From Amoebidium appalachense (lineage: Eukaryota; Protista; Ichthyosporea): 64,000 nucleotides of DNA. The stretch's first letter is position 1; the number at the start of each line of letters is the position of its first letter. This document shows, in pieces, positions 25,337 through 39,485 of the stretch. Location of the stretch: positions 3,563,572 to 3,627,571 of the forward strand of contig CAVNZM010000008.1 of assembly GCA_963693365.1 (NCBI GenBank), read 5' to 3'. The position numbers and the translations under genes are program-made. The notes under the pieces were generated by a model. The model worked only from the letters and a program-made list of their open reading frames with translations, did no database searches and was not told the origin of the DNA.

Positions 25337-26345
25337 TGTCGTGTGGTATCTTTTTCCATTTGTTATAATGTGTAATTATTTTGTGATTATGTACATGTCT
25401 AAAAAGTAAGTGGCAGTCCAAAGTCACACGCACACTTTTGCGGAAAATGCACCCGGATACTTGCCCAGCGCCACCGCGAGAACATCTTGAAATTTTGGTT
25501 TGAAAATTTGAATTTTTACCAATTGACCCTAAATTGGCGCTTTTCTGGAAAACAATGAAGGAGGGTTGCTATTACAAAAATAAGGTGTTCTACATGCTCA
25601 GCGCCATGGGCTTCCTGGTGAAACTTTTTTCAAAATTCAAAATTTTCGCAGAAATTTCTGAGATATTTGCATCAACAAAAAGAACCCCCTGGGGGGGGGG
25701 TTAAATTTCAAACCCACTAATATCCATTGGGTATCCATTTTATTCCGGTCCGGGCCCGGCGCCAAGCATATGGGACTGAATCACATGTGTGCACTTATAT
25801 GTCTGTGTCTGTCGCTGTGTGTGTGTGTGTATGGAGGGAAGGGGGGGGGGGGGGGTCGTGTGGTACCTTTTTCCATTTGTTATATTGTGTAATTATTTTG
25901 TACATGTCTAAAAGGTAAGTGGCAGTCCAAAGTCACACGCACACTTTTGCGGGAAATGCACCCGGATACTTGCCCAGCACCACCGCGAGAACATCTTGAA
26001 ATTTTGGTTTGAAAATTTAAATTTTTACCAATTGACCCTAAATTGGCGCTTTTCTGGAAAACAATGAAGGAGGGGTGCTATTACAAAAATTAGGTGTTCT
26101 ACGTGCTCAGCGTCATCGAATTCCTGGTGAAACTTTTTTCAAGATTCGAAATTTCGCAAAAATTTCTGAGATATTTGCATCAACATAAAGAACCCCCTGG
26201 GGGGGTTAAGAAACCCACTGATATCCATCGGGTATCCATTTTATTCCGGTCCGGGCCCGGCGCCAAGCATATGGGACTGTATCACATGTGTGCACCTATG
26301 TGTCTGTGTCTGTCGCTGTGTGTGTGTGTGTATGGAGGGAAGGGG
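25337..26345. repeat. Tandem duplication of a ~520-bp unit, probably part of a non-autonomous element
   Basis: gtcgtgtggta..ttttccatttgttata..aagtggcagtccaaagtcacacgcacacttttgcgg..ccggtccgggcccggcgccaagcatatgggactg..gtatggagggaagggg occurs at ~25337-25855 and ~25855-26345. Confidence 0.9.
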
Positions 26346-26984
26346 GGCGGGGGGGGGGGAGGGGGGGAAAGAGTGGGGGGGGGAGGGGGGGGGGAAGTGG
26401 GGGGGCGGGGGGAGGGGGAGGGATTGGGGTGCCATGCTTCCAGGACCCGCACGGCCTCCGGATCCGGCGCCGGCCCAGGAGACTTGAGCTATGCTTCCAG
26501 TAATATGTTCAGATGTGTGGTGTATGTGTGTGTGTGTATGCGTACATGTACATGTGTGTGTCTACGCAGTTTGTCCGTGCTTGTGCCACGTGTGTGACAC
26601 TGTGTACCGTTCCTCCCCCCCCCCCCCCCCCCCCCCCTTTGGCCCAGGGTGACCCGATTCGGGTCGGGTCGGGAGGCTATGATGACGTAATTAGGCCGGG
26701 TCGGGTCGGGTGAGAGGGGGGTCAAATTGGTGCATTTTGTGTTTTGTGTGTCATTCGACAGATCTCGACGAGGCCAAATATCGATCCATCCAAAAAAATT
26801 TCAAATCCGCTGTCGGGAAGTATTTTGTTTCATTTTTTCAATTTACTGTCGGGAAGTATTTTGTTTCATTTTTTCAATTTAGGAGGGCTTCAGCCTTGAG
26901 GCACCATACTAATTATGCACGCGCTTGCACTGGCCACGATACCATAGTGCACCCACGGTACACACATCGTTCTTCATACTGTAG

Positions 26985-27015
<31 letters not shown>

Positions 27016-27414
27016 CCTCCCCCTCCCCTCCCCTCCCTCCCCTCCCCCCAGCCCCCCGCCCGCCCCTCGTCCCTCAAAAAAAAAAAAAAGAAAGAAAGAA
27101 AACCGTCCACCACCATTAAAAAAACAAAAAAACAAACAAGTTCAGTTAATTGTTACGGTCGCGGGGCAAGGAGACCATAATGAAGCAAGTATATAATATA
27201 GCCCCAGTAGTTCTACAGTTTCATGTACTACGCCCCCGCTTCTCGGCCAGGCTCTATGTTAATAACGCGTTATGGGCACCGATTGAAAAACGAAGTGGCT
27301 GCATGCGTCACACATATCTTTGCTGGATTCCATGCACGAAAGACCTACTTGGTTTACAAAACGGGGCAAAAACATGTACGTTGTACACATCCATCCGAAC
27401 ACTTAACCCGGGGC

Positions 27415-27449
<35 letters not shown>

Positions 27450-27980
27450 ATGCACTCCCCATCACACAAACTGACATGTGCATCAGCACGTACGTGTACA
27501 GAAGGTAGCCTATCACTCTGACCAAACATAATACACACGTGCTAGGAATAAACAACAAATCAGTGATGCTCTTTATGATTTTATTGTGTCAAGAATTATA
27601 AGCCCTCCCACAAAGGAAGGCGAGATCCACAGGCATAGTTAAGGTTTAGATGAGTCCTATAATTATTTCACATCGCGAAGTCCGTTGACTAAATATTTCG
27701 GTTGTTAAAACCTGTTGTAATACCTGTACATATGAGTCGCATATCATAATATTAAAGAATACACAAGGCGTCGTGGAGCCACTACTGTAATCCATGAAAG
27801 GGCAAGCTTCGGAGGCATGAAACAAAGATATCAAGGTAAGGTTTGCTCTAATGGAACAATATTGGCAAAAACAAAACCAAACTATCGAAATGCACCTCAG
27901 TGCTAAAGTCAGTTCATGGCACATTCCTAAATCTTGCTATCTTGCTACTAACTGGGAAATAACCTCGTTTCCCTCAACCC

Positions 27981-30900
27981 CTACAGTTGCAATTCCTGAT
28001 CATTGATTGGAATAATATCATCAGCGGTAAAATCATCCAAAGGCGTCCAATCCTGATCGACTGAACCAGGCGGAGCCGATCCGAGCGAGGCGCCCAGCCC
28101 TTCATCTTCGATATTGTCATCGGGTTCGGAATCTTCGATCGGAATTATATCCGGATGCAGGTCGCCGTTGTTACCAGTAGGGTTTGCGCAGTCTGTACGC
28201 GTTACCACCACCGTTTGTGTGCAATCGGCGCATCTTGTCGCCGTTGTCGTGATTATGGTGGGACGGACGATCGTGGTGGTGGTAGAGCATTGACCTGGGA
28301 GACATGTCGGTTGAATGACTGATTGTGTGAACGTTTGCGTGCGTGTAGTGGGCACACATGTAGGAACGGGCCCATCCGAACATGTCGTAGGGAAAACGGT
28401 GGTGGTGCGGGTGACAATGCGCGTGCGTGTAGTCGTTTGAGCGCAGCTGGTAACCGTTTCGGTGGGAACAAGGAGATAAGGGTCGTTGGTGCATCTGGGC
28501 GGGTAAGCGGTCTGCGTGATTGGGCGATACGCCGTAGCCGTGCGCGTACATGTTGGGTCCGGGGTGCACGTAGGAATGGTGGTGATGGTTGTGCGTGTGG
28601 TTGTGTACGGGCAGCGGGTGTTGTCCGTCGAGCACGACGTAGGATAGATGGTGGTGGTGGTGGGCCGAAGAATCGTCGCGGTGGTTGTTGCAGTGCACCC
28701 TCCGTTGTAGTTTATGCAAGTAATCGGGTATACTGTCTGTGTTGTAAGTTGGGTGGTGGTGGTGGTTGGACAATCAGGGGTAGGTGTTGGGCGGCACGTC
28801 GCCGTAACTGTGCGTGAAGTGACACGTGTGCGTGTGAGCGTGAACGGAGGCACAGTGTTGCAGTTTGTGCATGTGTAGAGGATGGTGGTGGTGGTTGGGG
28901 TGGGAGGGATGGGTTGGTCTGTACATGTAGCCTGCGTGGTGGTGACGGTTTGTACGGTGGTGCGGGTGGTGGGATGAAGAACGGTGGACGTGGTGGTGCG
29001 CGTGACCGTATTGGGAGCGTCGTAGCAGATGGTGGTGGTATCGGTGCTCGCAGGAGTGGTAACGGTCTGCAGAGATTTGTGTGTGTAGGTTAGAATTAAG
29101 CCCCCTTTTTATTCTTCCACCTCTTCCGCTTCTGTTGTTTTCCCTCTGTTACCCCACTGAACCTACCCTCACCCCCTCCCCTTTACCCAGGCCACCACCC
29201 CCCTCCCCTCCCCCCCCCCCCTCCCCCCCCCCCCCCCCCCTCCCCTCCCCCTTTACCCACCTCTGCTAGCCCTCCTTTTGACCACCATCGACCATCTACA
29301 ACCACACACACCAAAAAAAGGTACCCGTTTTGGTTCTCAGTCATAACACACAGCCACGCAAACTCTGAAGAACAAAGACAGCGAGGACTGGGGTGTCACG
29401 TGGTGGGGTGGGGGTTTTGGGGGGGGGGGGGGGGGGGGGGGGCAGGAATATAACGAATCAAAGCGGCGAACTAATCAATTTTGTTGAAAGAAGCACAACA
29501 CCTACGTTTTCACCCCCCCCCCCCCCCCCCCCCCCCCCCTCCCCCCAACACACACACACAAAAAAAAGGGAAAATCCTAGTCCATCTCTTTGGCTAAGAG
29601 CACACTATGAAATTTGTGCATTAATCCAAGTACAAAGCTAAGAAAGCCTGAAAGTTAACGAGAGGCCACTCCCATACAAAATGAGCCGGGGTAAAAGAAG
29701 GCAGCTATGCCATTATAGGCGACATGCGCCAGAATATGCAAGGGTAGGGTGAGGTGGGAGGGGAAAGAGGCTCAAGAAAGAGGCGGCGCGGCCCGAATGG
29801 GGGGGAGAAGAAAGAGAAAGGAAGGCGGGAGGGGGAAGACAGGGGAGGGGGGCAGGGGGGGTTGGGGGAGGGGGGAGGGGGGAGTTAAGCAGGACACTAC
29901 AATCGTTCATATTCTTTTTTTTTGTATAGAGAAAGTGGGTGGGCAGTGCAGGATGTTACGAGTACAGCATTTTGTGAGGGGTCGGGCAGGAGAGGGGAGG
30001 TGGGGGAGGGGGGAGGTGGGGAGAAGGGGGGGGGGGGGGGGGGAAGGGGGGGGGGGGGGGGCACACCAAATGGTGGGAGAACAGGGGGAGGGTGTGTTTT
30101 TGTGTGTGGGGGGGGGGGGAGGGGGGGGAGGGGAGGGGGGGGGGGGGGGGGGGGGGGGAGGGGGGGGAGGAAGGGGTTCTTACCGAAGGATCACCGTTCA
30201 CAGTAACCACGGTGGTACGTGTAGTGAATGACGTTGCCGTGCTTGTTAGCGTTTGCGTAACAGGTGGGGGATTTGATGTCACAACCGCCGTACGTGTAAC
30301 GGTTACAGGATCTCCGGTCACCGTACGCGTAACGAGATTTGTTCTTGTTGATGTTTCAGTTTCTGTTTCTGTTTCAAACAGAAGTACAGTTTGCACCGTG
30401 GTACGCGTGGCGGTGCGAATAACCGACGTGGTAGAGGTGGTGCTAGCAAAATCGGTCGTGATCGAAACACGCGTGCTCGTAATCGTAACCGGATCTCCGG
30501 TAAGTGTTGTTGTGACGACCCCCGTTTGAGTGATAACGTCAGTGAGAACAGTGGTTGCTGTTTGGACAATCGGGTCGGGTTTCGGGTTTGGGGGGCAGCA
30601 TGAATTGCACGCAGGCTGGGGCGGGCAGCATGCGTTGCACGCCTGACATCCAGGGCAACACGAGTTACAACCACGGCAGCATGAGTTACAGCTTCCCCCT
30701 GAACAACATGAGCTACAACCCGGGCAACTGGGGCAAGAGGGGCAGTCCCCCCCTTTGTTAAAAATGAGAAAACGGCGGAAACGTGAAAAGGATGATTCGC
30801 TGGGTGTCACGTCTGGGCTTGACTTTTCCTCGTTTGTTTCCTCCTCGTTGTTGCCCAATCCGGGCCTTTGGGAGGTTGTGATTGATCCTGTAGGGTTGAA

Positions 30901-32335
30901 GGTGATGGCGTGAGTGGGGAGACACTGGTGCGCACTGTGGATGTTAGTGGATGTGGTGTGTAGATGGGTATGGAAAAAGAATGGGGGGGGGGGGGGGGGG
31001 GGAGGGGCAGGATAGAGAGAGAAGGGAAGTTCGGAATGGATACTTGGCAAGGGGCTTGACACCAGATTGTTTATCCGTGTCCGTGTTGTAATTCATGTGT
31101 ATGGGTGAATGATGCGTGCACTTGTGTGTGTGTGTGGGTGTGGGTGTGTGTGTGTGTGTGTTTGTGTGTGCGTGTGTGTAAGGGTGTATTATACTTCCTT
31201 TCATGCAATTTCACCAAAGTGCATGTGTATTGGGATCTGGGTTTGTACTGCACGGCTGGTTGCATGTTTTTGGCCTAAACAGACCCGTTATGCGGAGCAA
31301 AAAGGCGGTGGTGGTGGGGGTAGGTTGGAAGGGGTGTTGTGGGGGGGGGGGGGAGGGAGGAAGTGGAGGACTGGAGGGGGGAGGTGGGAGGTGGGGGGGG
31401 GGGGGGGGGGGGGGGGATGTTGCTTAGAAAGGCGGCCATGAAAGGCAAGCACAACAGAATGAATAAGTGTTTACAACGTTGAAAAAACACAAAAGAGACC
31501 TTCAACAATTCAGGATTGGAATAGTGGTGGAAGGAGGGGAAGGGGGGGGAGGGGGGAGGTTCGTGTTGGCCCTGTGTTTTTGTGTGTGTGTGTGTGTGTG
31601 TGCGCGCGCGCGCGTGTGCACGCGCGCTCTCGCGCCGTGTTTATGGTGCCTAAAGAGTACATCAAGCAACTTGAGACCAAAGAAAACGTGCATCATTCAA
31701 TCAGAAATGAACGGCATGCCCCATGTTCATCCAAATTCCCATGCCAAGTCCCTTGCGCATACTATGATCATGGACCGGAAATGCCATGCTACATGTGTAA
31801 TTCTTTAGACAATTCACATGTAACTTGTTCTTTTCGAGAGTTTGCAACGTGTTGGAAGCTTGTGATAGCATGTCCAAAGTGAGTCTGATTATGTGGTACC
31901 CAGTTTCTTCACATGAATCAATAAACACGCCCAGTTTTTTTCACATGAATCAAGAATATTCATTCACCAAGGCACAGTAGACTTTCTTTACAGAAGACCA
32001 TGGGTAGAAAACGAGCAACAAAATACTCTTAGCAACCAATTGAAAAACCAGGGTTTGCTTCCACGCATCTGAGAAGCCTTTTGGATGCACCAAGACCACC
32101 TTTGCCCCACCAAACACGTCTTTGTGATAGCAGTGCAAGACACTGCATGTCCTGATTTTTTCCACTTGAAAGAGGGCATACAAACAGTTAAGAAGTAAGA
32201 TCTCACCCACAAACCCCAAAGTTCCGAATCCGAACCACCCATTTTTTTAAAAAAAAACTCACCAGCCACCAAATGGAGAAGTAGTTGAAGTACCAAGAAG
32301 ATGGCCCTCGGTCTGTTTGAAAATGTTGACGCCAT
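27981..32335 (-). CDS. Secreted Cys/Thr-rich mucin-like structural protein, paralog 1 (~620 aa, 3 exons)
   Basis: Exons 32335-32263 (signal peptide MASTFSNRPRAIFLVLQLLLHLVAG), 30887-30184 (acidic pro-region, SRFRR, CPSCPSCPGCSSCC..CNSCC repeats, Thr-rich), 29066-27981 (Thr/Cys repeats, acidic tail). Intron phases 1 and 0 give one continuous frame. Confidence 0.85.
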
Positions 32336-33779
32336 GTTGACTTGTAACGGGGCTAACACGCCCCCGGAAATAAAAACAAACAGCCTGAACCCCTCTTGTG
32401 AGGTTTTGCCTTGAAGCCAGGTCACGCTGATGTTACTACACACCAAAAAAAAAAACTAGGGCTACACAAAACGTGGAACCAAAAAAGAGAGGGTGAAAAC
32501 TGTGGGGTGTGGACACACAGTCCTTCCGCTGTGGGGAGAAGACTAAACAGGTACAAAGGGAACACCAAGAGTTTTATGCTACTGTCGACCGACGGTCACC
32601 GACCGCAAAGGTGGCGGCAAACTAAAAGGAAGACATTCCATTGAAGGACAGGCGACCAATATGATCCATTGGAATGCTAGTTTTTTTTATTGACATGTCA
32701 ACATAAACCGACACTTTTTTGCAACTAGCTAGGCCACGTTTCAACACAAGACGTGCACGATAATAGGTGAGCGAAATAATTCAGAAACCTTATTTCGTTT
32801 CGTTGTTGTTGTTGTAGCTTGTTTAAAATAGACATACAGATGTATAATATAATGGCCGTTTCTCGCCAAAAGCTACCGACCTAATATAGCAGCATGCGTA
32901 TGTACCCACACCGGTGGGGCGACTGGCTGCCTGTCGACGTCGGGTGGGTTATGGGTAAGGTGCCAATAAATTTGAAGCCCTGCGTGCCAACGGTTCTAAC
33001 CGCCGTTAGTTACCATGGCCAGAGGAACAGGGCGCGGGCAACACATGCTTTTCATGCAACAAAACACAAATAGGGCCATGTAAACTACCACCTTTCAATG
33101 TACAACCGCTAGCAACACACTCAATGGCAGACCATGGGAATCGTGTTGCGTCATTTGAAACAATAGGTGCGGCACTGCTGCAGGCGCATCCGGAGTTGCG
33201 GCATGGGTGTGCACACGCGGTACGCCGTGATACGCGTGGATATATCGATCGACATCACACGTACCTCATGCAGTCTATGGCAGTTTCATCCCTGGCTCTG
33301 CAATATTCAATGTCACAATATATAATGTTGATATTTGGCATTATAGTTTAATCTGTTGATGGGCCTCTTCTCTCACCTAATAGCTGTGTGCAGTACGGCG
33401 CAGGCCCGGGTGTAACGGGTACACAGTGTGGGCTCTGGATGGAACAGGGTTGTAAAACAAGCTCAACATACAAGAATTTATCGCATTCCGAATGCTGCGA
33501 TTGGTAAATTGTGCGCCGGGGAATTTATGCCGTTTGTTTTGATGCGGCACCCAAACTGACCTAAACCACCACTCGCTTTTTACCTTCAGTCTTAACCCAC
33601 TTGAGGGCGGCGACTGTGTCAACACTTCTTTTTTTAGCTACCGTGTGACTTAGAACTTTCTTTTCGTCTTTCCTTTTCTCCTTACTCTATTTCAAGCAGA
33701 GTACATATCATCAGAAAGGAGAGGTTTTCGAGTGCAGGTGTTTGGTTTTGAAGGGCCCCCAAGAGGCCAAATATCGAGA
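32336..33779. promoter_or_regulatory. Probable bidirectional promoter region between the divergent paralogs
   Basis: 1444 bp between two divergent ATGs, lacking the poly-G/C and microsatellite tracts seen elsewhere. Function is inferred from position only. Confidence 0.5.
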
Positions 33780-34274
33780 ATGGCGTTCACATGGACGCAC
33801 AGGCACAAGGCCCTGTTCTGGATAGTGCAGTTGCTGCTGCAGGTTGTGTCAGGTAAGATTCTGGTTCCTGGTGTGCTTGCGAGAGCATGGGGTTTCTTCG
33901 TTTTTATACCCTCCCTATGATGGTGTATTTTTCTTTCCTGCAACAACAAACGTCACTCATATGTGAAGTCAAACACTGCGGCGGCGGTAACTTGGGTGTG
34001 AAGTAGGAGACGTTGAAAGACGAGTTTTGTTTTGTGTTTGGTTGCAATGTTTGATTGATTGATGCGATTATTGTACGGCGTGCGTGTATGTATGTTTATA
34101 TTGTGCATGTGTCCGTGTCACATTCTGCAATTGTACAATGTCACCCCGTGAGAGCTCGAGAATGTTCCTTGGTTTGTGTTGTGATCGGATTTCGTCACCG
34201 TGCTGTGTGTGTGCCTAGTCTATGGTTTTTGGTCTGTGTGTCAACTGTGTGTGTTTGTGTGGGTGGGTGGATGG

Positions 34275-34337
<63 letters not shown>

Positions 34338-35571
34338 TGTGTGCGTGCGTGTGCGTGTGTGCGTGTGTGTGCGTCTGTTACCGTACGCGCATGTGTGGGT
34401 GTACATACACCAAGTGTGTCCAGGTTGTGTATGCTCAACTGTTTATGACTTGTCTACATGCCACTATAGTTAGAGGGGGGAAGGGGGGGGGTAGCAATAA
34501 AGAGGCCAACAAATTCATGCAAGGTCAGTGTGGTTCATCTCTTTTCGAACCATGTCTCATTCATTAGATCCAATGCTTCAAAAATCAGGTGTAGTCACGG
34601 TTGCATTGTCAGGGAACTAATGATGCAGACATCCCCCCCTCCACCTCCCTCTCTCCCACACACCTATCCAGGAAGCAACACTATTTTGTTTTCCGTTTCA
34701 CGATTGACAGTGTACCTTTTGATTCACATACATCCATTATTCACACGGTGAATCGTTTCCTTACAACCGCTCCCTCCTCCTCTCTCGTTCCATCACCCCA
34801 CCTCACCATCTTCTCCCACTCACAGGAACCATCGCACCATCACAAAAAGCCAACTATGTTGGTTCGGATGAAGAAAGCTCCAAGCAAAACAAAGCCGCAG
34901 TCTTGCCCGTTGAAAACGTCTTCTCCCGCGCACGCCGTCTCCTCTTTGCCAAGCCGGCGTGCCCATCGTGCCCATCCTGCCCAGGTTGCAATTCGTGTTG
35001 TCCGCACATTCCGTGCGACTCGTGTTGTCCTGCGTGTAACTCATGTTGTCCACAATGCCCTGCGTGTAATTCGTGCTGCCCCCCGCCGGTGAAATGCGAT
35101 TCATGCTGCCCTCCCCCCCAACGACCTGACACGATCGTCGTGACATCGACGTCGCGGACGACGCGTACCGTTGGTGCTGTGGAGACGAAAACCACGTCTG
35201 TGCCCGGCGAACCAACAACAGCTTTCGTGACGAAGGTGTCCGCGACTACAGAAACTGAAACCTTCCTTACGAGCATAACGGGCACACGCACGGTTACTCG
35301 CACACGGGCAGTCACGACGACGGAGACAGAGACGGAGACAACGACAGCCGTCGTCATCCGTACAAACCTCGTTACGCGTACGATTACGGGAGATCCGATT
35401 ACACGCACTACCACCAGCACGCTGATCAAGAGCCCATCCACCACCACCCTGACACTGCCAACTACCATCACCCGTATCTCGGTTCTGACTTCAACACGGG
35501 TTAACCCTGCTGGCACCACGGTACCGGCCCCCCCCCCCCCCTCCCCCCCCTCTTCCACCCCAAACACACAC

Positions 35572-35638
<67 letters not shown>

Positions 35639-38207
35639 CACCAACCCCGCTCCCCTCCCCCCCCCCCCCCCCTCCTCCTCCTTCCCACCTCTCCACAAAA
35701 GAGTTCCCACCACCACCGATAGAGAGCTGGAGAGGAATGGGCACCCAGTCTCCAAGCATGCTTCCAGCTCCAACTTTGCCTCTTTGACTTACCCCACCCC
35801 CTTCCCCCCTCCCCCCTCGAGCTCCATTTTCCCTCCCCCCCCCCCCCCCCCCCCCCCCCGGCGCGCACACACGCGCACTCCCGCGCACGTAAAAACACAC
35901 ACACAAAGGCGCGTGCGCGTGCACGCACACACAGAGACACATGCACACACACCACCACTACTTCAATCGTCATCACTGAACATTGTCTTATCACTACACT
36001 AGAGGAATAGAGTTTCATCACCCACCATTAAGAGCCGCCCCCCTCCCCCCTTCCCCACTTCCCCTTCTCCAAAGAACCCTTGTCCAGCTCCTCCCTGCAA
36101 GAATTTCATCTCTCACGAAATGCCTCATCTCACTCCCCCATTATCCAATAGACTACCAGGCAGGATATTGAATAACCCCCAATTTATACAAACTGTCGCA
36201 AAGAGAATGTCGAAGGGAGAATCGGTGTCCATTATGCCAACATATCCCTCCCCCCTCTCCCCCCCCCCCCCCCCCCCGGCACTGTTGTCCGTCATAGATG
36301 CGTACTCCCCCCCCCCCCCCCCCCCCCCCACCTACACACACACACACACACCGCTCTTCCATCCCACCCTCCCCCCTTGATTTTGAAAGAATAAGAAAAT
36401 AAGAAAGCAAATAGAAAACAAAACCAAGCCACCCGAATCCTTACTTTTCCCACCTCCCCTTACGCAGACTGTCGACGGACCGCCCACCACCGTCACCATT
36501 CCGGGATGCGTGACACCCACCACCACCAGAACCACAGTCATCACCCGGCTTTCCCCGACCACAAAAACCAACACATTTACCGCTACCCAACTGGTTTACA
36601 CGTGTACCGACCAACCAATCATCCCTGACACCACAAAAACATTCACCGACACCGTATGCACTGGTTGTCCGACTGTCCCCCCCGCAACTACCACCTCGAC
36701 GCAAACCGTCACCCGTACCACCACACCGGCAAGCTGTCTCACAATCCGTCCCATCCCCCCTGATTGCACGACTCAAACCGTTACCACTCTAAGCACGGAG
36801 ACAGTTTACCCGCCGACATGTAGGCCGGATGCATGCAGTACAACTCTCACTCGCACCCGCGTCCAATCAACGACAGTCTCAGTCTACCCCACCACATGCA
36901 ATAACAACGACCCAACATGCACACGGACACTCACGCAAACGGACGCGATCCTTCCTACCTCATGTTCAACCGATAACCCGTTCTGTACGCGCACCACCAC
37001 CACCACCGTCCCCACCACCACCATCACCACCGCTACCACCTGTTCCACTACCGGACCGCCAATCACACCTACCACGACTTTCAGTTCTTGTACAGCAACG
37101 CGAACGGCAACACGAATCATCACACGCACATCCGCCATCTACCCCCCTATCTGCACAGACCCTGCCACATGCACACCCACAACAATCACGGCAACGGCAA
37201 CCACCACCATTTTCCCCCCAACGTGCACCAACGGCGCATGCACGGAAACAAGGGTAGTCACCCGCCCAATCACACAAACCGCCTACCCCACGACGTGTTT
37301 TGGTCCGAACAACCCCTCTGGGTGTGGCTCGACAACTAGTAGTACTATTTGCCCGCCAAAACCAACCACCACGTACGACCCACGCCCACCCACCACCGCC
37401 CCGCGTCCTCCCACCACAACTACTACACGCACACCTGTTCCACCACCACCCCCAACCACAACCATACCTCCTCCTTCCCCCCCAACCACCACCCGTCCTC
37501 CCATCACCACCACTGGTCCATGCACCGGCTATACATGCCCGCCGTCGCCACCGGCGCCAACAACTACACGCACGCCAATTCCGCCACCACCGCCAACTAC
37601 GACACTACCACCACCCCCGCCACCCACTACCACACGGCCACCAATCACCACCACCGTCAACCCACCGCCACCACCATGCAACGGTTACGACTGCCCCATC
37701 CCTCCTCCACCCGTCCCTCCCACGACCACCAAGCCTCCCGTGCCGCCCGCACCCACCACCACTATCCCGCCACCCATCCCATGTTCAGGGTACAACTGCC
37801 CTAACCCCATACCCACCACAACCCAGCCGCCGCCGATTCCCTGCTCTGGTTACAACTGCCCTAATCCTAAGCCTACCACCACCACCACCACCGTATTTAC
37901 GTCGAAACCCCCCTGTGGTTACAAGGGGTGTTTAATACTTCCCACCAACCTAGGCGCGGCCCCCCCTGGGGCAGCTGATATAGTGGACGATGACACTCCG
38001 TTTGACGGTGCCGCATTCGACGTAGACCAGCAAGAAAGTGGGGCTGTTGCGGATGTGGGGGGGCTCGACGGACTCGAGCAGCCATTGGCCGCTGATCAGG
38101 GGGATATTGTGGACGACGGAGGGGCTGAGGCTCCACCTTTGGAAGACGTTTTGGGCGCCGGCTCCGAGGAGTTGCCGCCTGATGAAGTTGTCGATGCTTT
38201 AAATTAG
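33780..38207 (+). CDS. Secreted Cys/Thr/Pro-rich mucin/extensin-like structural protein, paralog 2 (~835 aa, 3 exons)
   Basis: Exons 33780-33852 (MAFTWTHRHKALFWIVQLLLQVVSG), 34826-35520 (pro-region, SRARR, CPSCPSCPGCNSCC..), 36468-38207 (Thr/Cys repeats, poly-Pro, CxGYxC repeats, acidic tail). Exon 1 length (73 nt) and intron phases are the same as in paralog 1. Confidence 0.87.
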
Positions 38208-39485
38208 GAGATAGTGGGTGAAATTTCTGGGCGAGATTTGCCGATTGGGCATTATGGTGTCTTAGCAATGTATCTGCTTTTTGTTAATAATTACCTTTAC
38301 ACTTAGTGGGCCATGATTATAGCTAGCTAATGGGGTGATATACTAGCTTGTATTGACATAATCGTTATCATTGGTTACTCTTTGTACGAATATCCATAAC
38401 TTTCACAAATTTCAGGGGTTGTGTTATCTTACACACAACGGCCATTGATTTTGACCGGCCGCTTCTGAGAGATTCTTTTATTCTCGTTATGACCATTGAA
38501 CAGATATATATATTTAGTGCCGAGCATGGTACTGTGTGCACATCGAGCACACAAACACATGTTTGTAGCATGTACATACTGTAGCCCGGTTGCACTGTAA
38601 GCAGGTGCCTGTGCACAAAGCCTATCATGATATTAAATCTTAACATAGTATCCATCTCCTAGCCGTGTGTATTGGTGGCATGCAGCTGATTCTCTGAAGA
38701 CATTTCTCCCCACCTCCCCACCTCCCCCTCCCCCAACACACACTAAGCAACCAACCAACCAAAAAACTTACCACCACCCTTTCTCCCCTGGCTCCGTCTG
38801 CCCGTGAATGTGCACACAGTCATTTAATTAAGCTGTGGCCGTTCAACGTGTTGGAGAGGGTGATGCCGCACTGCAAAACATGAATGCACGGGATGCTTCC
38901 CCATATCATGATATGTCACTGTGGAGTGCTTGGCCGCAAAGTGAACAAGTATGATAGCGAACTGCATCAACTTAATGGGGCCCGGGGCCGGCGTCTTTGC
39001 CTCCCACGTGCGTGTGCATTCAGCACAGTGTGTGTGTCATAGTTCTGTGGGAAAGTGTGTGTGCACCTTTCATGTGTGTGCAAACGAGTCAGTTTGTATG
39101 TGTACAGTGTGTCTGTGCACACGTGTGTGCACGTGGACGTGTACGTGTGTGTGTGTGTGTATGTGTGTGTGGCACTGTGTGTGGGTGTACGTGTTCGTGT
39201 TGGTGTGTGCATGTGGTCCGATAGAGTGAGAGAACATAACCAAGGCATTAGAGCGGGTCTACCGGAAGGAGAGGGGGGGGGAGATCGCTATTTATTTTGT
39301 CACACAACTGTTACTAGAAAATCAAAATGATAAAAGCAACGTGTTAGGGCCGGAGTTGCCCAGCTTCAAAACTTTTACCACAAGTGTCCAAAAAAACGAT
39401 ATGATCAAGCTGGGGGTTGGGGGCGGGTGAAAGAAGAGAAATAAGGGGGAAAACAAGGGAGTTGAATAACTTTTATAATACACTG

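Noticed and set aside
34854-35948. Antisense ORFs over the Thr-rich genes (also 30092-30529, 44287-44985, 57683-58291)
   Set aside because: Shadows of codon-biased genes on the opposite strand.
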